A stretch of DNA of 64,000 nt, from positions 239,072,001 to 239,136,000 of the forward strand of contig CM097883.1 of the NCBI GenBank assembly GCA_044892505.1, given 5' to 3'. This DNA comes from Schmidtea nova (taxonomy: Eukaryota). Below are positions 1 through 12,492 of the stretch, one piece after another. Position 1 is the first letter of the stretch. Every line of letters starts with the position of its first letter. Made by a program: the position numbers and the translations under genes. Below the pieces are notes generated by a model, which was not told the DNA's origin, did not search any database, and saw only the letters and a list, made by a program, of their open reading frames with translations.

Positions 1-1
1 T

Positions 2-255
2 CAATTTATAATAATTAATATGAAGGATCGAATAAGTTTTCCTTTCAAAGTTCAGAATCAATCTATTATCTACCGAGAACAGTTTAGTTCTTACAATTAT
101 ACTAATGGAATCTTTACAGCGCAAAATCTAGAAAAGATGCCAATTTCGTATGGAAACACATTGAGCACTGATCATGTTTATTTGGTTTAATTTCAGATTA
201 TCAATAGAGGAATTTGATGTGGGGTTGCTTGCAGATATCGAGTTTAATGTTCATA
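2..255 (+). CDS. Candidate exons (..147; 197-255) of a spliced gene starting upstream of the window, possibly the adhesion GPCR N-terminus
   Basis: Frame is open from position 2. A 49-nt GT..AG intron (148-196) keeps the frame (..MPIS|LSIEEFDVGLLADIEFNVH), and a GTAAGT donor follows at 256. No domain recognised. Confidence 0.4.
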
Positions 256-779
256 GTAAGTCATTTTATGAGTGAAGGTTTTAATTTTACGTAAGTCTAA
301 TGTATATTGAGATAATAATAAAACGTTTACGCTATTTTCTTTCAGATATTTTACATTAAACTTTTTTTACTTTTTTAATCGTTTATATATTTTATCTTCT
401 TCACCTTCAATCTGCTATTTACAATTTCGGTAATTTTCATTCTTTCAAACTTTAAATGTTTCCAATTTAACAAAAAAATTCTCAACAGTTCCGAAAATTT
501 GTGTTAAATTGAAATTATTGACCAATCCTAAAGATAAGTTTAAAATTATTATTTTCTGTACAAAATAAAATTAGAGAAATATTTTAATTTGTTTAATATA
601 TAAAATTAAATTTTAAAAAGTTTTAAAAGTTATAAAAAATCAGTTTTATTTGTACTATGCTGAGTAAAAAAAGAAAAATTTATATCAATGTTTTAGTTTT
701 GTGATTCAAAATTAAAAGGTTTAAAAATTAATTGTTTCTTTTTTTCTTTTTCATTTTGGGTTGATTAGTTAAAAACAAT

Positions 780-1305
780 ATGAAAAAAAATATTGCTGCA
801 TTGGTTATGGAAATTGAATGTTTTATCTGTAAAGCATAATTTACTAGAAATGATGGTCCATGAGCTCTGTTCCTATCTATCGTTGGTTGACAAAGATATC
901 AAGGCGTTATGGATGGCATAGGATAAAATAGTTATGTTGGTGATAAGGCTCAGTCTAAGAGAATTATTTTTAGCTTTGAAATACCCTATGGGACACGGTA
1001 TTGAGCTTGGAATAGTTGCAGAAGGACATCAGGTTTTGTTGACTGAAGCTCCATTAAATAGAAAGACTTATTTTGAGAAGATGATTCAAAAAATGTTGGA
1101 AACTTTCAATGCTCTAGCCATGTGTGTTGTCATTCAATTTGATTTATCCTTGTATGCGTCTCAAAGAACAACTGATATGCTTTTGGATTCAGGAAATGGT
1201 GCTATACTTACTGTATTCATCTATAAAAGTTATATCTTATCTCCGGAAACTTTGCGTTTGGATTTCACGTTTGGATTTCACCGATTTCAAAGATCTAAAT
1301 CCTAA
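780..1305 (+). pseudogene. Act: Actin pseudogene (N-terminal ~185 residues, intronless, 3'-truncated)
   Basis: From ATG 780 it reads [51 protein letters not shown]. After a frameshift it reads [56 protein letters not shown], colinear with actin. Stops include TAA 837 and TGA 861, and the ~17-codon WDDMEKIWHHTFYN segment is missing. Confidence 0.93.
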
Positions 1306-1929
1306 AAATATGATTATTACTTAAAAATCTGTTTGTATTTTTAAGTTTTATTGAATATTTTATGTCTAAGTGAATTTCATTTTTATGTCAATTTATGATA
1401 AGTAATTATGGAGATTTAAAAAGTGTAATTTGTTTTTCTAATTTAAATTTGAGTGTTGGTTAAAGGAAAATAAAAGTTTCTGAGTGAAGATCTTGGGTTT
1501 TGGTTTTGATTTTTAAAATTTCAATTATTCAATTGTGGGCGTCATTTTCGACCAAGTTATACACGAAATTTGGCATTCATGGACATCATTGAATATGATC
1601 ATGGGATAGGGGGTCATTCGAGACCGGAAATTTATTTTATTTCAAAAACCAAATCTGAGAATTTGTCAAGAGCTGCTGCAACTAATAATTTGCAAATCAT
1701 TCTTGATGATTGTATGGAGTTAAAATTGACATGCTTGTGGAAAATAATAGTCAACGAGAAATATTTGTACTGATATTCAATGGCGAGTCAGGGCGAAGAG
1801 ATATTGGCTAGATATTGAGTTTGTTACCGGACAAGTCAGATATAGGACAATCAATTGATACTAATGAATCAGAGGAAAAAGATGATTTGAACAGTTTATA
1901 AGACGATGCACTGGAAGAAATCACAAATT

Positions 1930-2128
1930 GGCACTTGTACACAATTCCCCCCACATTTGAGCTATTTTAGTATGTGTGAATAATGAGCTTTTGCACATTA
2001 AATTTATCCACTAGCAGAACATTTCGAACAGAACCTTTAGTAACAGAACATCTTTTGTGATGGTTTTTATGTGCAAAAGCTCATTATTCACACATATACT
2101 CAAATGGGGGGAATTGTGTACAAGTGCC
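1930..2128. mobile_element. MITE with ~65-bp TIRs and 8-bp TSD (GG termini; Merlin/Mutator-like, superfamily uncertain)
   Basis: GGCACTTGTACACAATTCCCCC.. and ..GGGGGAATTGTGTACAAGTGCC are inverted. The TSD CACAAATT is at 1922-1929 and 2129-2136. Confidence 0.85.
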
Positions 2129-2371
2129 CACAAATTCTAGTGATAACAATTCCGAAATAGACAAATAATTAAGATTAATCAATTATATTGATCTATATTC
2201 TGAAAGGATGAATATTACAATTTCTTAATTACATAAATTTTATTAGTAGAATAAATGACATATTTAATATTTTGATTATATATAACACATGTCAATTTAC
2301 ATTTGATCAATGTTAGTTGTTCTTGTACTATCTACATAGCGTTCCTCTTTATTATACAGAAATTTTATTTA

Positions 2372-2381
<10 letters not shown>

Positions 2382-2451
<70 letters not shown>
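2382..2451. repeat. (TA)n microsatellite
   Basis: About 35 TA units read directly. Confidence 0.98.
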
Positions 2452-2452
<1 letters not shown>

Positions 2453-2793
2453 GTAGAAACTTGGCATTATATATGAATATAGTATTTTGTCTGTAGTAAT
2501 TTGTCTATTCTTTCTCATTTTGATTTACGTACAAAAAATTGATTATAACTAATTAATTGATTACTTTTTTTATATAAACAAAATTTAAATGGTCTGTAAA
2601 ATCTTTTATATTTAATATTATTGATTAATTCCAATTTTAATTTTTCTTTATTTAAACTAAAGATAAGTAAATTTTAAAAATTAAAATTATTATTTCAAAT
2701 TTCAAAAGTTAGAAATTTTGGAATTTCCTTAAGTCTACAATTGTTACGGCACCCTCCCGTGACCGACGCTTGACTTCCGCAGTGAACTACCTC

Positions 2794-2959
2794 NNNNNNN
2801 NNNNNNNNNNNNNNNNNNNNNNNNNNNNNNNNNNNNNNNNNNNNNNNNNNNNNNNNNNNNNNNNNNNNNNNNNNNNNNNNNNNNNNNNNNNNNNNNNNNN
2901 NNNNNNNNNNNNNNNNNNNNNNNNNNNNNNNNNNNNNNNNNNNNNNNNNNNNNNNNNNN
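2794..2959. other. Assembly gap (others: 3951-4105, 16378-16858, 21755-21910, 37223-37380, 44939-45416, 53203-53355)
   Basis: Runs of N. Confidence 0.99.
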
Positions 2960-3264
2960 AATAATTATGAACATTATTATTAAATCATTTATGGTTCACA
3001 GGTAAATTTTTTCACAAAGTTTCTTGGTATTGAACTTGTTAGAGAACTTCGATTTTGGAAAAAGAATTTCTCCTGATGACAAAATGTTCTATTTGACTTA
3101 TCCAATTCAATTAGATTATGTTATAATATTGAAATTTATACGATTTTTTGCTCATATTAGAAAGTTTATTTCTTTATTTCTGCTTTCATTGTCAATTAGT
3201 TATTTTAAAAATTTTTAGCTTTTTTTATTAGGTGAAATTGGATAGTTAAAATTTCTAATTTCAG

Positions 3265-3417
3265 AAATAAACTTGGAAAATTGTTCATCAATCAATGGGC
3301 AATACTGCGGCAATTTATGCAGCAATAACAAAATGAAATCAGGCACGAAATGTTTATTGAAAATAAAGAGCAAAGAAGTGCTGATAGAAAATAGGAATAC
3401 AATTTGTTCGATACCAG
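3265..3417 (+). CDS. Candidate Cys-rich extracellular exon (phase 1-1)
   Basis: tttcag acceptor and G|gtaaat donor bracket a 153-nt open exon, INLENCSSINGQYCGNLCSNNKMKSGTKCLLKI..TICSIP. Its phase is compatible with exon 197-255. Confidence 0.5.
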
Positions 3418-3795
3418 GTAAATATAAAAACAAAAAATTAATTATTATTAGTAATTAGTATTATCGCAAATTTTGAGATGAAAATAATCATTTTTCATAT
3501 GAGATAAGAAATAATTCAGTGCACCATTGGATTGTTTGAGAGCAAACATTGAGTGACACTTGAACAAACAATAAAATGAATTTTTCTATCGAGCTTTATT
3601 TCAAAGATTTTGCAAAATAATTAATCACAATAAAAAGCAATAAATTAATTATGTCACGAAACTTGAACCAGAATTTCAGATTATATATATATCAATCTTA
3701 TCATTCATCCGTATAGTGTGTTTTGTTATGTATTGAAGTTTTCCTCAAGTCATAACACCATTACAATTCTATAATACACCAGGGCCCCGCTTTGT

Positions 3796-3950
3796 GTCGC
3801 TATTCGGTTCCACAAGTAGAGACGCAAAGTGGATTTCGACGCATAGCGAACAAATTATAATATTTTGCAAAAGAAAATATACGATATAATTTGTTCGCTA
3901 TGCGTCGAAATCCACTTTGCATCTCTACTTGTGGAACCGAATAGCGACGC
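3796..3950. repeat. Near-perfect inverted repeat, ~64-bp arms, 25-bp spacer, running into an N gap
   Basis: GTCGCTATTCGGTTCCACAAGTAGAG..CAAATTATA versus its reverse complement at 3885-3950, with about one internal mismatch. Confidence 0.9.
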
Positions 3951-4563
3951 NNNNNNNNNNNNNNNNNNNNNNNNNNNNNNNNNNNNNNNNNNNNNNNNNN
4001 NNNNNNNNNNNNNNNNNNNNNNNNNNNNNNNNNNNNNNNNNNNNNNNNNNNNNNNNNNNNNNNNNNNNNNNNNNNNNNNNNNNNNNNNNNNNNNNNNNNN
4101 NNNNNAGTAAATAATAAATTTTATGTTCTTGTACAATTAAATTAAAATTTCTCTTGAGACCATGATTTCCGAAATTTACTGATAAAAATTAAATTAATAA
4201 GTTAAAATTATTAAAAATAGATTTTTGTTATTTTATATAGTATAACATTTTTAAGAGAAATACTTTATTTGATTTGATATTTTATGCATTCTACACTAGT
4301 GTGTCGCGATAACTTTGCAAGTGTGTCACGGAAAAAATCTGATGTTATTAATGAAAAGTAATTCAAATGTTTAAGAATTTTAATCAATAAAAGTTAATAT
4401 GCACAAACAAATATTAGATAATTAGAATTAGACTAAATTATTATTAGACGACTAGAATATTAAGATTAGAATATTATTAGATAAGAATGATGAAAAAGCC
4501 AAAAAAGTTTGGGAATCGCTGTATTATACGATTGAGAATGTCAATTTAAGATAAATTCTAATA

Positions 4564-6018
4564 CAGGTATCCCTCCTATAACACGGTAGATAGGTTCCTA
4601 TAATATGACGTGTTATGTGAAACCGTGCTATAGGAGACTAGAAGCTGGTACAAAATGAGGGGTTACGTTCTAAAATTAATGCCATAGAAAAACTTTATTT
4701 AAATTAAGAATAACAAAACAAATAAAAATTCATTTAAATACATAAAATACAAAAATAGTAGCGCCTTGAAGTCTAAATTATTGTGCTTTAAATAAGTTTC
4801 TACCTCTGGAACAAAACAATTTAAAACCAATTTCTAAATAAATCTGCAGTTACCCAAGCTTTTGAATTTGCTTTCCAATATACTGCTAAAGCGTTTTTAT
4901 TTATGCCTTTAAGTGCAAGGGGATTCAAAGATCTATAAATTAGCATGGGTTTTGTCATATAATCCCCCGAGACATTACTGCATGAAAGTATCGTTACACG
5001 ATCTTTCGATACCTTAAATCCGGGTGCAATTTTTTTATTTCTTGATATAAATGTCCTATTGGGCATTTTATTTCCACCAAAGCCCAGTTTCATCGGCATT
5101 GATGTGTATTCTTGCTCTTCAATTATTTTTTTAAAAAATTTTCTGGATATAATATGGCAGCTTCATGATCTGTCGACGCAATTTCACCTTGAATTTTTAT
5201 ATTGTGAAGTGAAAATCGCTTTTTGAATTTCTCAAACCAGCTTTTACTGGCTAGAAAATCTAGTTTCACAGAAGATTCTCGATTTTGTTTAAGATATTTA
5301 TAGATTTTAAGAGCTTTTTTGCCTAATTATATTACTATCCAATGGAATCCTTTTCTGACAGCTATCATCAATCCAAATTCTAAGTGCTTTCTTCATGTTT
5401 TCAATTATTGGCACACGGGTACGAGATGAATACTTTGAGGATTCCGAAGATCCTGCAGCAACAGCACACCTAATCCCATTTTCTTTTTTCTTGATCGTAT
5501 TGACTGTCGCCTCATTTAAATTTAGGGTTTTTGCAATGTGTGATGCTTTTTCTCTTTTTAACAACCGATCTAAAATTTGTATTTTTATTCTCACCAGACC
5601 TTGTTTTTAGGCCTGAAAATTATTTTTCAAAAAATAGTCTTACTTTATAACCTTACTTGAAAAAAATTAATAAAGACAATATATTGTAAATAAAAAAGTA
5701 TTTAAATATTTTTGTTTCCTATTTCATAAGTCTACACGATATTTTCTTTCTATTTCACAAAGAAATATGGTCTGCAGACTTACTATGGTTTTTACAAAAT
5801 GACAAAATATATACACAAAACAATAAAAAGAAAGTATTCTTGAAATAATAAAATCTGGGTATTCCACGAATTGTATTTTATGTCAATAATATAATGTTCT
5901 AGAAAAAATAAAAATCGTGTTGTAGAAGTACCGTGTTATAAGAGGTTTTAGGTAATTTTGTTTATCGTGTTACAGTGAAATCGTGTTGTAGGATGCCGTG
6001 TTGTAGAAGAGATACCTG
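4564..6018 (-). mobile_element. Tigger/pogo DNA transposon, internally deleted and degenerate
   Basis: TIRs CAGGTATCCCTCCTATAACACGG / CCGTGTTGTAGAAGAGATACCTG with TA TSDs. Fragments include the CENP-B-type HTH (5307-5594) and DDE_1 (APGFKVSKDRVTILSCSN..WKANSKAWVT, 4821-5099). Confidence 0.92.
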
Positions 6019-6574
6019 TACAAATAATAAGTCATTAAGCAAAAATTCAAATCAATCAATTTTAATATATCATTTTTAATATTTAATGTGGTATATTTAA
6101 AGAAATACTCGTCCCAATTGTCCAAATTATGATCATTTGATGAAGAAAAAATCTATTTTCAGATAACATTGAAATAAAAATGGTACACTGTCGATTAATA
6201 ATTACGATAAAACTTTAGTTAATTACACAATAGCCTCATTACTTACTTCCACTCAATGGCTTTTATATATAAGTTATTTTTACATGATTCTTTTTCAAAA
6301 ATATTTGTAAATATAGTTAGGTCGTAATATAAATAAACTATGACTTTATAATTTAGCCTCTAGCGTTATTTAAATTCTCAATATCTTACCTTCCAATTCG
6401 GTCATATATTCGAATGACAGGAAGTTTCGGCTTTTAGAAAAGAATTATACATTGCATTAAACTGTATGATCTAATTCTTCAACATTAATAGTAACTACTA
6501 AATTCCGTTTTTAATTCATTTTTTTCAATGTTCATTATATATTTTTAAAATGCACTTATTACAGGATTATGCAT

Positions 6575-6710
6575 AAATATAAATAAAATTGTTCAGAAAA
6601 ATAAATAAAATTATTCAGAAATATAAATAAAATTATTCAGGAAAATAAATAAAATTATTCAGAAAAATAAATAAAATTATTCAGAAATATTAATAAAATT
6701 ATTTATAAAT
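6575..6710 (+). repeat. Left subterminal array, ~6 x 22 bp (AAATAAAATTATTCAGAAAAAT-like)
   Basis: Reverse complement of the right-hand array unit. Confidence 0.9.
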
Positions 6711-7701
6711 ATAAACGAAATTATAAAAAAATCAAATAAATATATAAATATGTATATAATTTAAAAATCTTTAAAAGTTGTTTATAATCGAATTCTAAAT
6801 AAAAAATTGATGATAAAATATTTTTAAAATTTACAATATTGTTCGATTTTTGTAATTTAATTATCAAATAAATTCTTGTCTTGTTAATGGCTTTTGCTTC
6901 CATCTTCTCATATTTCTAAACCATTCTTCAAAGTTAACTGTCACGTCATTAAAATTTTCAACAATTTTTTCTTTTATTCCTAATCTTATTATAGTATGAA
7001 CCATGAATGTTGAAAGTTGAAATTTAAAATAACTAAAGTATTACTCAATAGGGTCTAGTTGAGGTGAGTAAGGCAAGAACGTTTATGTAATTCTCTTTTC
7101 TTCTAGCAAAGCAACTGCATCCCTTCGATGATGTAATCTGCAATTGTCCATAATTAGAATATCATTGGTATTAATTTCAAAGTGAGGAATCAAACTATTT
7201 TTTATAAATTCAATAACAAATAACAAATAACACCGTAATTTTAATCGCAACTAAATAGCTGATATTTGTCCCCCTGCTAGCCTTAACCATTTTGTAGGAC
7301 TTCGCATTGACAGGAGAATATCCATAATTACGCCATCGGTGTTGGTTTATTCCTGTTTCATCGAGGAAAAGCAAATTTGAATCACTCAAATATTCTACAC
7401 TTCCTGAATGAAATTGTTTACTTTTGATGGTTCTGGGAGTATTTCGCTCTACTGGAATTCTAACAAGCATTTCCCTTGTATAATCCATAGCCTTGAGCGT
7501 TCTAGAAATGGTGCTTTGGATTTTAAATTATCCTCAGAAGCCAATTCTTCTTTCATTTCTTTCTGGTTGTAGGATGAGTATCTCAAAAGATATTGTGAAA
7601 GCTTGTTCCTAATTTCGGTATTTGGATGTTTATTTCTTCCTTTTTTAACATAATATTCCTTCTTTACTTATTCCATTGCTTATTTATTCTACAAGTTTAT
7701 A

Positions 7702-8989
7702 CGTGGTGCGCCCAATAAGTCGTGAGACTAATATAGAAATAATAATAGTAAAAAAATTGATACAGATATATTTAAACTTCAACATATATAGGTAAAGAAA
7801 ATGTATTTGGTTTTATTAATCCATTATTGTTTAAGTATATTTTTGCGAACATTCGGAAAATGCCTCTGGAAACTATTCAATACCGTAGCGTTATTCGCTT
7901 TCTCTTTCTGAAAGGAAAAAATAGAGAAAAAATTCTTTCTGAACTGAAAGTTGTTTACCAACAAGAGTGCCCATCCACAGCAACAATTTATCGTTGGTTC
8001 AATTACTTTCAGAGTGGTAGAACCTCCATGGTGGACGAAGAAAGATCTGGAAGACCCTCAGAAATTGATGAAAAAATAACGCAAAAGCTGCAGACAATCG
8101 TGCAAAACGAGAGAAAAATAACGACGAGAGAGCTCACAACCCGTCTAAATGTGAGCAAAGGCACTGTGCATACTCTCCTCACTGAAAGTGGTATTCGAAA
8201 ACTATATTCCCGTTTTGTGCTACGCTTCTTAACGGTGGAAATGCGACAACGACGCTTGGAATGCTGCTTGGATAATCTGCAGATCAGGACCAATGTTGGA
8301 GACCATTTCATTGATATATCATCACTGTGAACGAGACACCGTTATCCCTTTATGTCCCCGAATCCAAAAGAGAGTCTCAAGAATGGAAACTGCCAGGAGA
8401 AAGCAGCTCACTGAAAATGCGGTCCTCAACTTGCCACCGAAAGGCTCTCGTGCTGACGGTGTTTTGGGACGCCAATGGCATTATTCTGACTGACTGCTAA
8501 ATCCGGCGTGAAGATCAATAGTTCTTACTACTCCAACATCGTGCAGCAAGCAAGGAAGGCACGACGCAAGAGCAGAGTATGTGATCTCTATTTTTTACAC
8601 GATAATGCTCCCATCCACACCAGCAGCGTTTCCATGACCAAAATTGAGCGTTGCCGGCTCAATTTGCTTCCCCATCCACCATACAGCCCAGATTTGGCTC
8701 CCTCCGATTTTTTCCTGTTTAACCATTTTAAGAAGCATCTGCGGGCCAGGTGTTTGCCAACAAACATGATTTGAGAGCAGCCGTGGAGAGTTTTCTGGGA
8801 AAAAAGCCTCCAGAATTCTTCAAAAACGCCTTCGAAAACCTTGTTATTCGCTGGGAAAATTGTGTCAGTGCAGAAGGAAATTATTTTGAGAAATGATGCC
8901 TATTTACCATGCTTGTTCTAAATACAAAGTTTTGTGTTGATATCTTAAGTCTTTCTATTTTAGTCTCACGACTTATTGGGCGCACCACG
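7702..8989 (+). mobile_element. Full-length mariner (DD34D), 1288 bp, frameshifted transposase
   Basis: Perfect 30-bp TIRs CGTGGTGCGCCCAATAAGTCGTGAGACTAA with TA TSDs. Transposase ~7860-8896 carries YRWF..F.SGR, ERSGRP, HDNAPIH and PPYSPDLAPSDF. Confidence 0.96.
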
Positions 8990-9375
8990 TATGTAGAAGC
9001 AATGGAGATATCTAGGCTTTCTGCTATTTCTTTGACAGAAATGTTTTTTTCAATAGCTCTTCTCACACTTTTGGTTATTTCAAGAGTTATTAACTTTCGT
9101 TTTATTCTTGTATTATTGTTTTCTTTAATAGATGAAGGAAATATTTCGCTTGATAACCCAAATTCGTCGCTTGATTCATTCAAGTTAGTATTCATTCAGA
9201 ATCTAGACAATTTAAAATATAATTAAAAATACGATATAATTGCAATTAATCAAGAATATAGATTATGATAAGTTTATATATTTTAATAAATTATTACATT
9301 TTTACTTTAATTTTTAAGTTAAAAAATGAAACAAGATTTCGATTAAAATTTCATGTAATTTTGATAAAATCATAT

Positions 9376-10350
9376 TTTTATTAATATTTCTGAATAATTT
9401 TATTTATATTTCTGAATAATTTTATTAATATTTCTGAATAATTTTATTTATATTTCTGAATAATTTATTTATATTTTTGAATAATTTTATTAATATTTCT
9501 GAATAATTTTATTTATATTTCTGAATAATTTTATTTATATTTCTGAATAATTTTATTAATATTTCTGAATAATTTTATTTATATTTCTGAATAATTTTAT
9601 TTATATTTCTGAATAATTTATTTATATTTCTGAATAATTTTATTAATATTTCTGAATAATTTTATTTATATTTCTGAATAATTTTATTTATATTTCTGAA
9701 TAATTTTATTTATATTTCTGAATAATTTTACTAATATTTCTGAATAATTTTATTTTTATTTCTGAATAATTTTATTAATATTTCTGAATAATTTTATTAA
9801 TATTTCTGAATAATTTTATTAATATTTCTGAATAATTTTATTAATATTTCTGAATAATTTTATTAATTTTTCTGAATAATTTTATTAATATTTCTGAATA
9901 ATTTTATTAATATTTCTGAATAATTTTATTAATATTTCTGAATAATTTTATTAATATTTCTGAATAATTTTATTAATATTTCTGAATAATTTTATTAATA
10001 TTTCTGAATAATTTTATTAATATTTCTGAATAATTTTATTTATATTTCTGAATAATTTTATTTATATTTCTGAATAATTTTATTAATATTTCTGAATAAT
10101 TTTATTAATATTTCTGAATAATTTTATTAATATTTCTGAATAATTTTATTAATATTTCTGAATAATTTTATTTTTATTTCTGAATAATTTTATTAATATT
10201 TCTGAATAATTTTATTAATATTTCTGAATAATTTTATTTTTATTTCTGAATAATTTTATTAATATTTCTGAATAATTTTATTTTTATTTCTGAATAATTT
10301 TATTAATATTTCTGAATAATTTTATTTTTATTTCTGAATAATTTTATTTA
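9376..10350 (-). repeat. Right subterminal minisatellite, ~44 x 22 bp (TTTCTGAATAATTTTATTAATA and variants)
   Basis: 22-bp periodicity read directly (for example 9781 and 9803), with three main tail variants. Confidence 0.97.
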
Positions 10351-10771
10351 TATTTATGCATAACCCTGTAATTTCAATGAACTTTTTATTATTTAGAATT
10401 TAGAGAAATATCAAAAAAACTTTTTATCGGTAATAAAGAAATAATAATAATTTGAATCAAATGTTAATGAGAATTATTTTCAATACTAATAGTAGCATTA
10501 ATATTTTGACTACTGGTAAATTTGGTTCCGGTTCAAAGATGCTTTAAATTTCAAATCACTAATATCACCTTGAGTTCTATACGCTATACAATGGCATGGG
10601 TTACTACTATAATATGCTATTATATTATGATATTAGAAATTTCCAAATATTTATTAGTTTTTTGACTGAATTTAACCCACTTAAGTAATATACTTGCCAA
10701 TAAAAATTTTCGCGACCTAAAATATATTTTCTTCGGAATTATTATGGTAATAGAAAATGTTGAATATTAGT

Positions 10772-11404
10772 ATAGTTGGCGCGCCTATAAAATAAAAATA
10801 AAATGAATTTTCTAAAAATGTAAGTTTCCAGGAGAGCCACGTAAAAAGACAATGAGGTCAGCAGCCGATCACCGAAAGTATTTTATTCTCACTGTATTCT
10901 GGGATGTGAATGACATTATTTTATCTGGTTTTCCTGAGAAGAGTGTTAGGATTAACATTATCTACTACTCGAACCTCGTGCTACGTGCTAGGAAGTTCAG
11001 AAGAAAAAGCTGAGTCTCTGAACTGTATTATTTATATGATAATTCTTCCACTCACATCAGTGTGGTTTTGACATCAAAATTTGAGGACTGTTGGCTTCGA
11101 AATCCTCCTTAAAATTCTGATCTTGCCCCATCTGACTTTTACATGTTCAAACACTTTAGAAATAACTTGTTAAGTCACAACTTTGCTTTCAAAGAGAATT
11201 TGAGAGATGCAGTGATAGAATTTTTTACCAAAAAATCTCCAAATATCTTCAAAATTGTTTTTCTGGAATTAATGTGTCTATGTAAATGGAAGATCATTTT
11301 GAGAAATAAAACCTATGCTACTCGATTGTTAAAAAAAAACTAAATTCTCTGTGTTTGATCATTCGTTTCTACGTCAGTCTCACCACTTATATGGGGCACA
11401 ACGT
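10772..11404 (+). mobile_element. Degenerate, internally deleted mariner related to 7702-8989
   Basis: Decayed TIR-like ends and a C-terminal transposase remnant (TVFWDV..YYSNLV..YDNSSTH..DLAPSDFYMFKH). Confidence 0.75.
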
Positions 11405-12492
11405 AGTTTTAATTATGTTTTCATTTTAATTTTTCAATAATTTATATTAGATTTAATTTTGTATAAACATAAATTCTATTTTTAATACTAAATATTTTCA
11501 GATAAATAAAAGTACAAATTTTTAAAATTCCTTTATTCTGTCTCTTAGATGGATTGTATTTTGGCTGTTTTTCTTTATAAAAAATATTTTCCACACTTTC
11601 ATTAAAATATTAAGTAATGGCAACTTTAAATTTAGTCTGATTACCAGCTGTTTTTAACTATTTTTAAATTTTCTTGCATGATGACTTTTACAGTTATCAT
11701 GTTCGTGAATTTTTGTGTTATTGATAAAATCTTGAATAGTAGTTATTGCCCATCTAATAATTATAAATTATTGTGATGCCTCCAACACCCCAGTCCTTCA
11801 TTATTCAAATTTTTAATAAAATATAATTTTTTTATCGCTTAACTATTAAAATCTAAATTAATAACATTCCATAACATTTACAAAAATCTTTAAAATTTCT
11901 TATTTTCACCTTTGATCATTTCTTTTCTATTTTAGAAATTTTAATTTTTTTTAAAGACTAGATAAATTTTTTGAAGTGCGCGAAATACACACTTGAAAAA
12001 GTCTTTGACAAAAATTTATGTACTTTAAAGAAAAAATAAAAATAAATTTGCTCTAGTCTTTAAAAAAAATAAAAATTTATAAAGACGTAAAATGTTGTAG
12101 GTTTTTTAAAAATTCTAAAATAAATATGTTAGATGCACATGACCTTGAAATTTTATTCTGAAATAAAGCAATTTCTAAAATTGGTTATATATGTTTTTTT
12201 CACATTACTTGGCGGAACGTCGGTTACGAACCACTGGTTTAGGAGGTCTACAGTTCAAATGCAAAGGGTGATTTGGTAAATTGTTATTTGCAATAGAATT
12301 GAATTCCATTTCTGTATTCATTGTATGTTGTTAATAATAGAACAAATTTAAGTATAAATATATATTTCATAGCATACTGTTTTTCAAACAAACTTTCAGA
12401 GACGTTTAAATTTCAATACTGTTATTCATTATTTCAATTATTTTATATTTTCAACATATTTTAAATCATATAAACAACATTATAATATTTAA

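Larger units (their letters stand above)
6562..10368 (-). mobile_element. Tc1/IS630-like transposon with 22-bp tandem subterminal repeats; transposase pseudogene interrupted by a nested mariner
   Basis: TA|CAGGATTATGCATAAATATAAATAAAATT .. AATTTTATTTATATTTATGCATAACCCTG|TA. The transposase runs 9195 to ~6866 with an HTH (VKEIAESLDISIASTY|KLV after excising the mariner), FLDETG, YGYS, MDN and PYSPQLDPIE. Confidence 0.88.

Noticed and set aside
2743-2793. TGTTACGG.. as the start of an LTR
   Set aside because: Only about 50 nt are visible before the gap and there is no partner copy in the window.
4160-4521. hAT MITE (similarly 27579-27769, ~29400-29653, 36291-36662)
   Set aside because: The ends are TIR-like but too degenerate and lack TSDs; probably old MITEs, with boundaries not supportable.
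9376-10350. 22-bp array as a CRISPR or coding repeat
   Set aside because: There are no unique spacers, the context is eukaryotic, and it is the subterminal array of a transposon.
11549-11580. WSC-like exon start (GLYFGCF)
   Set aside because: An in-frame TAA follows immediately and there is no donor.
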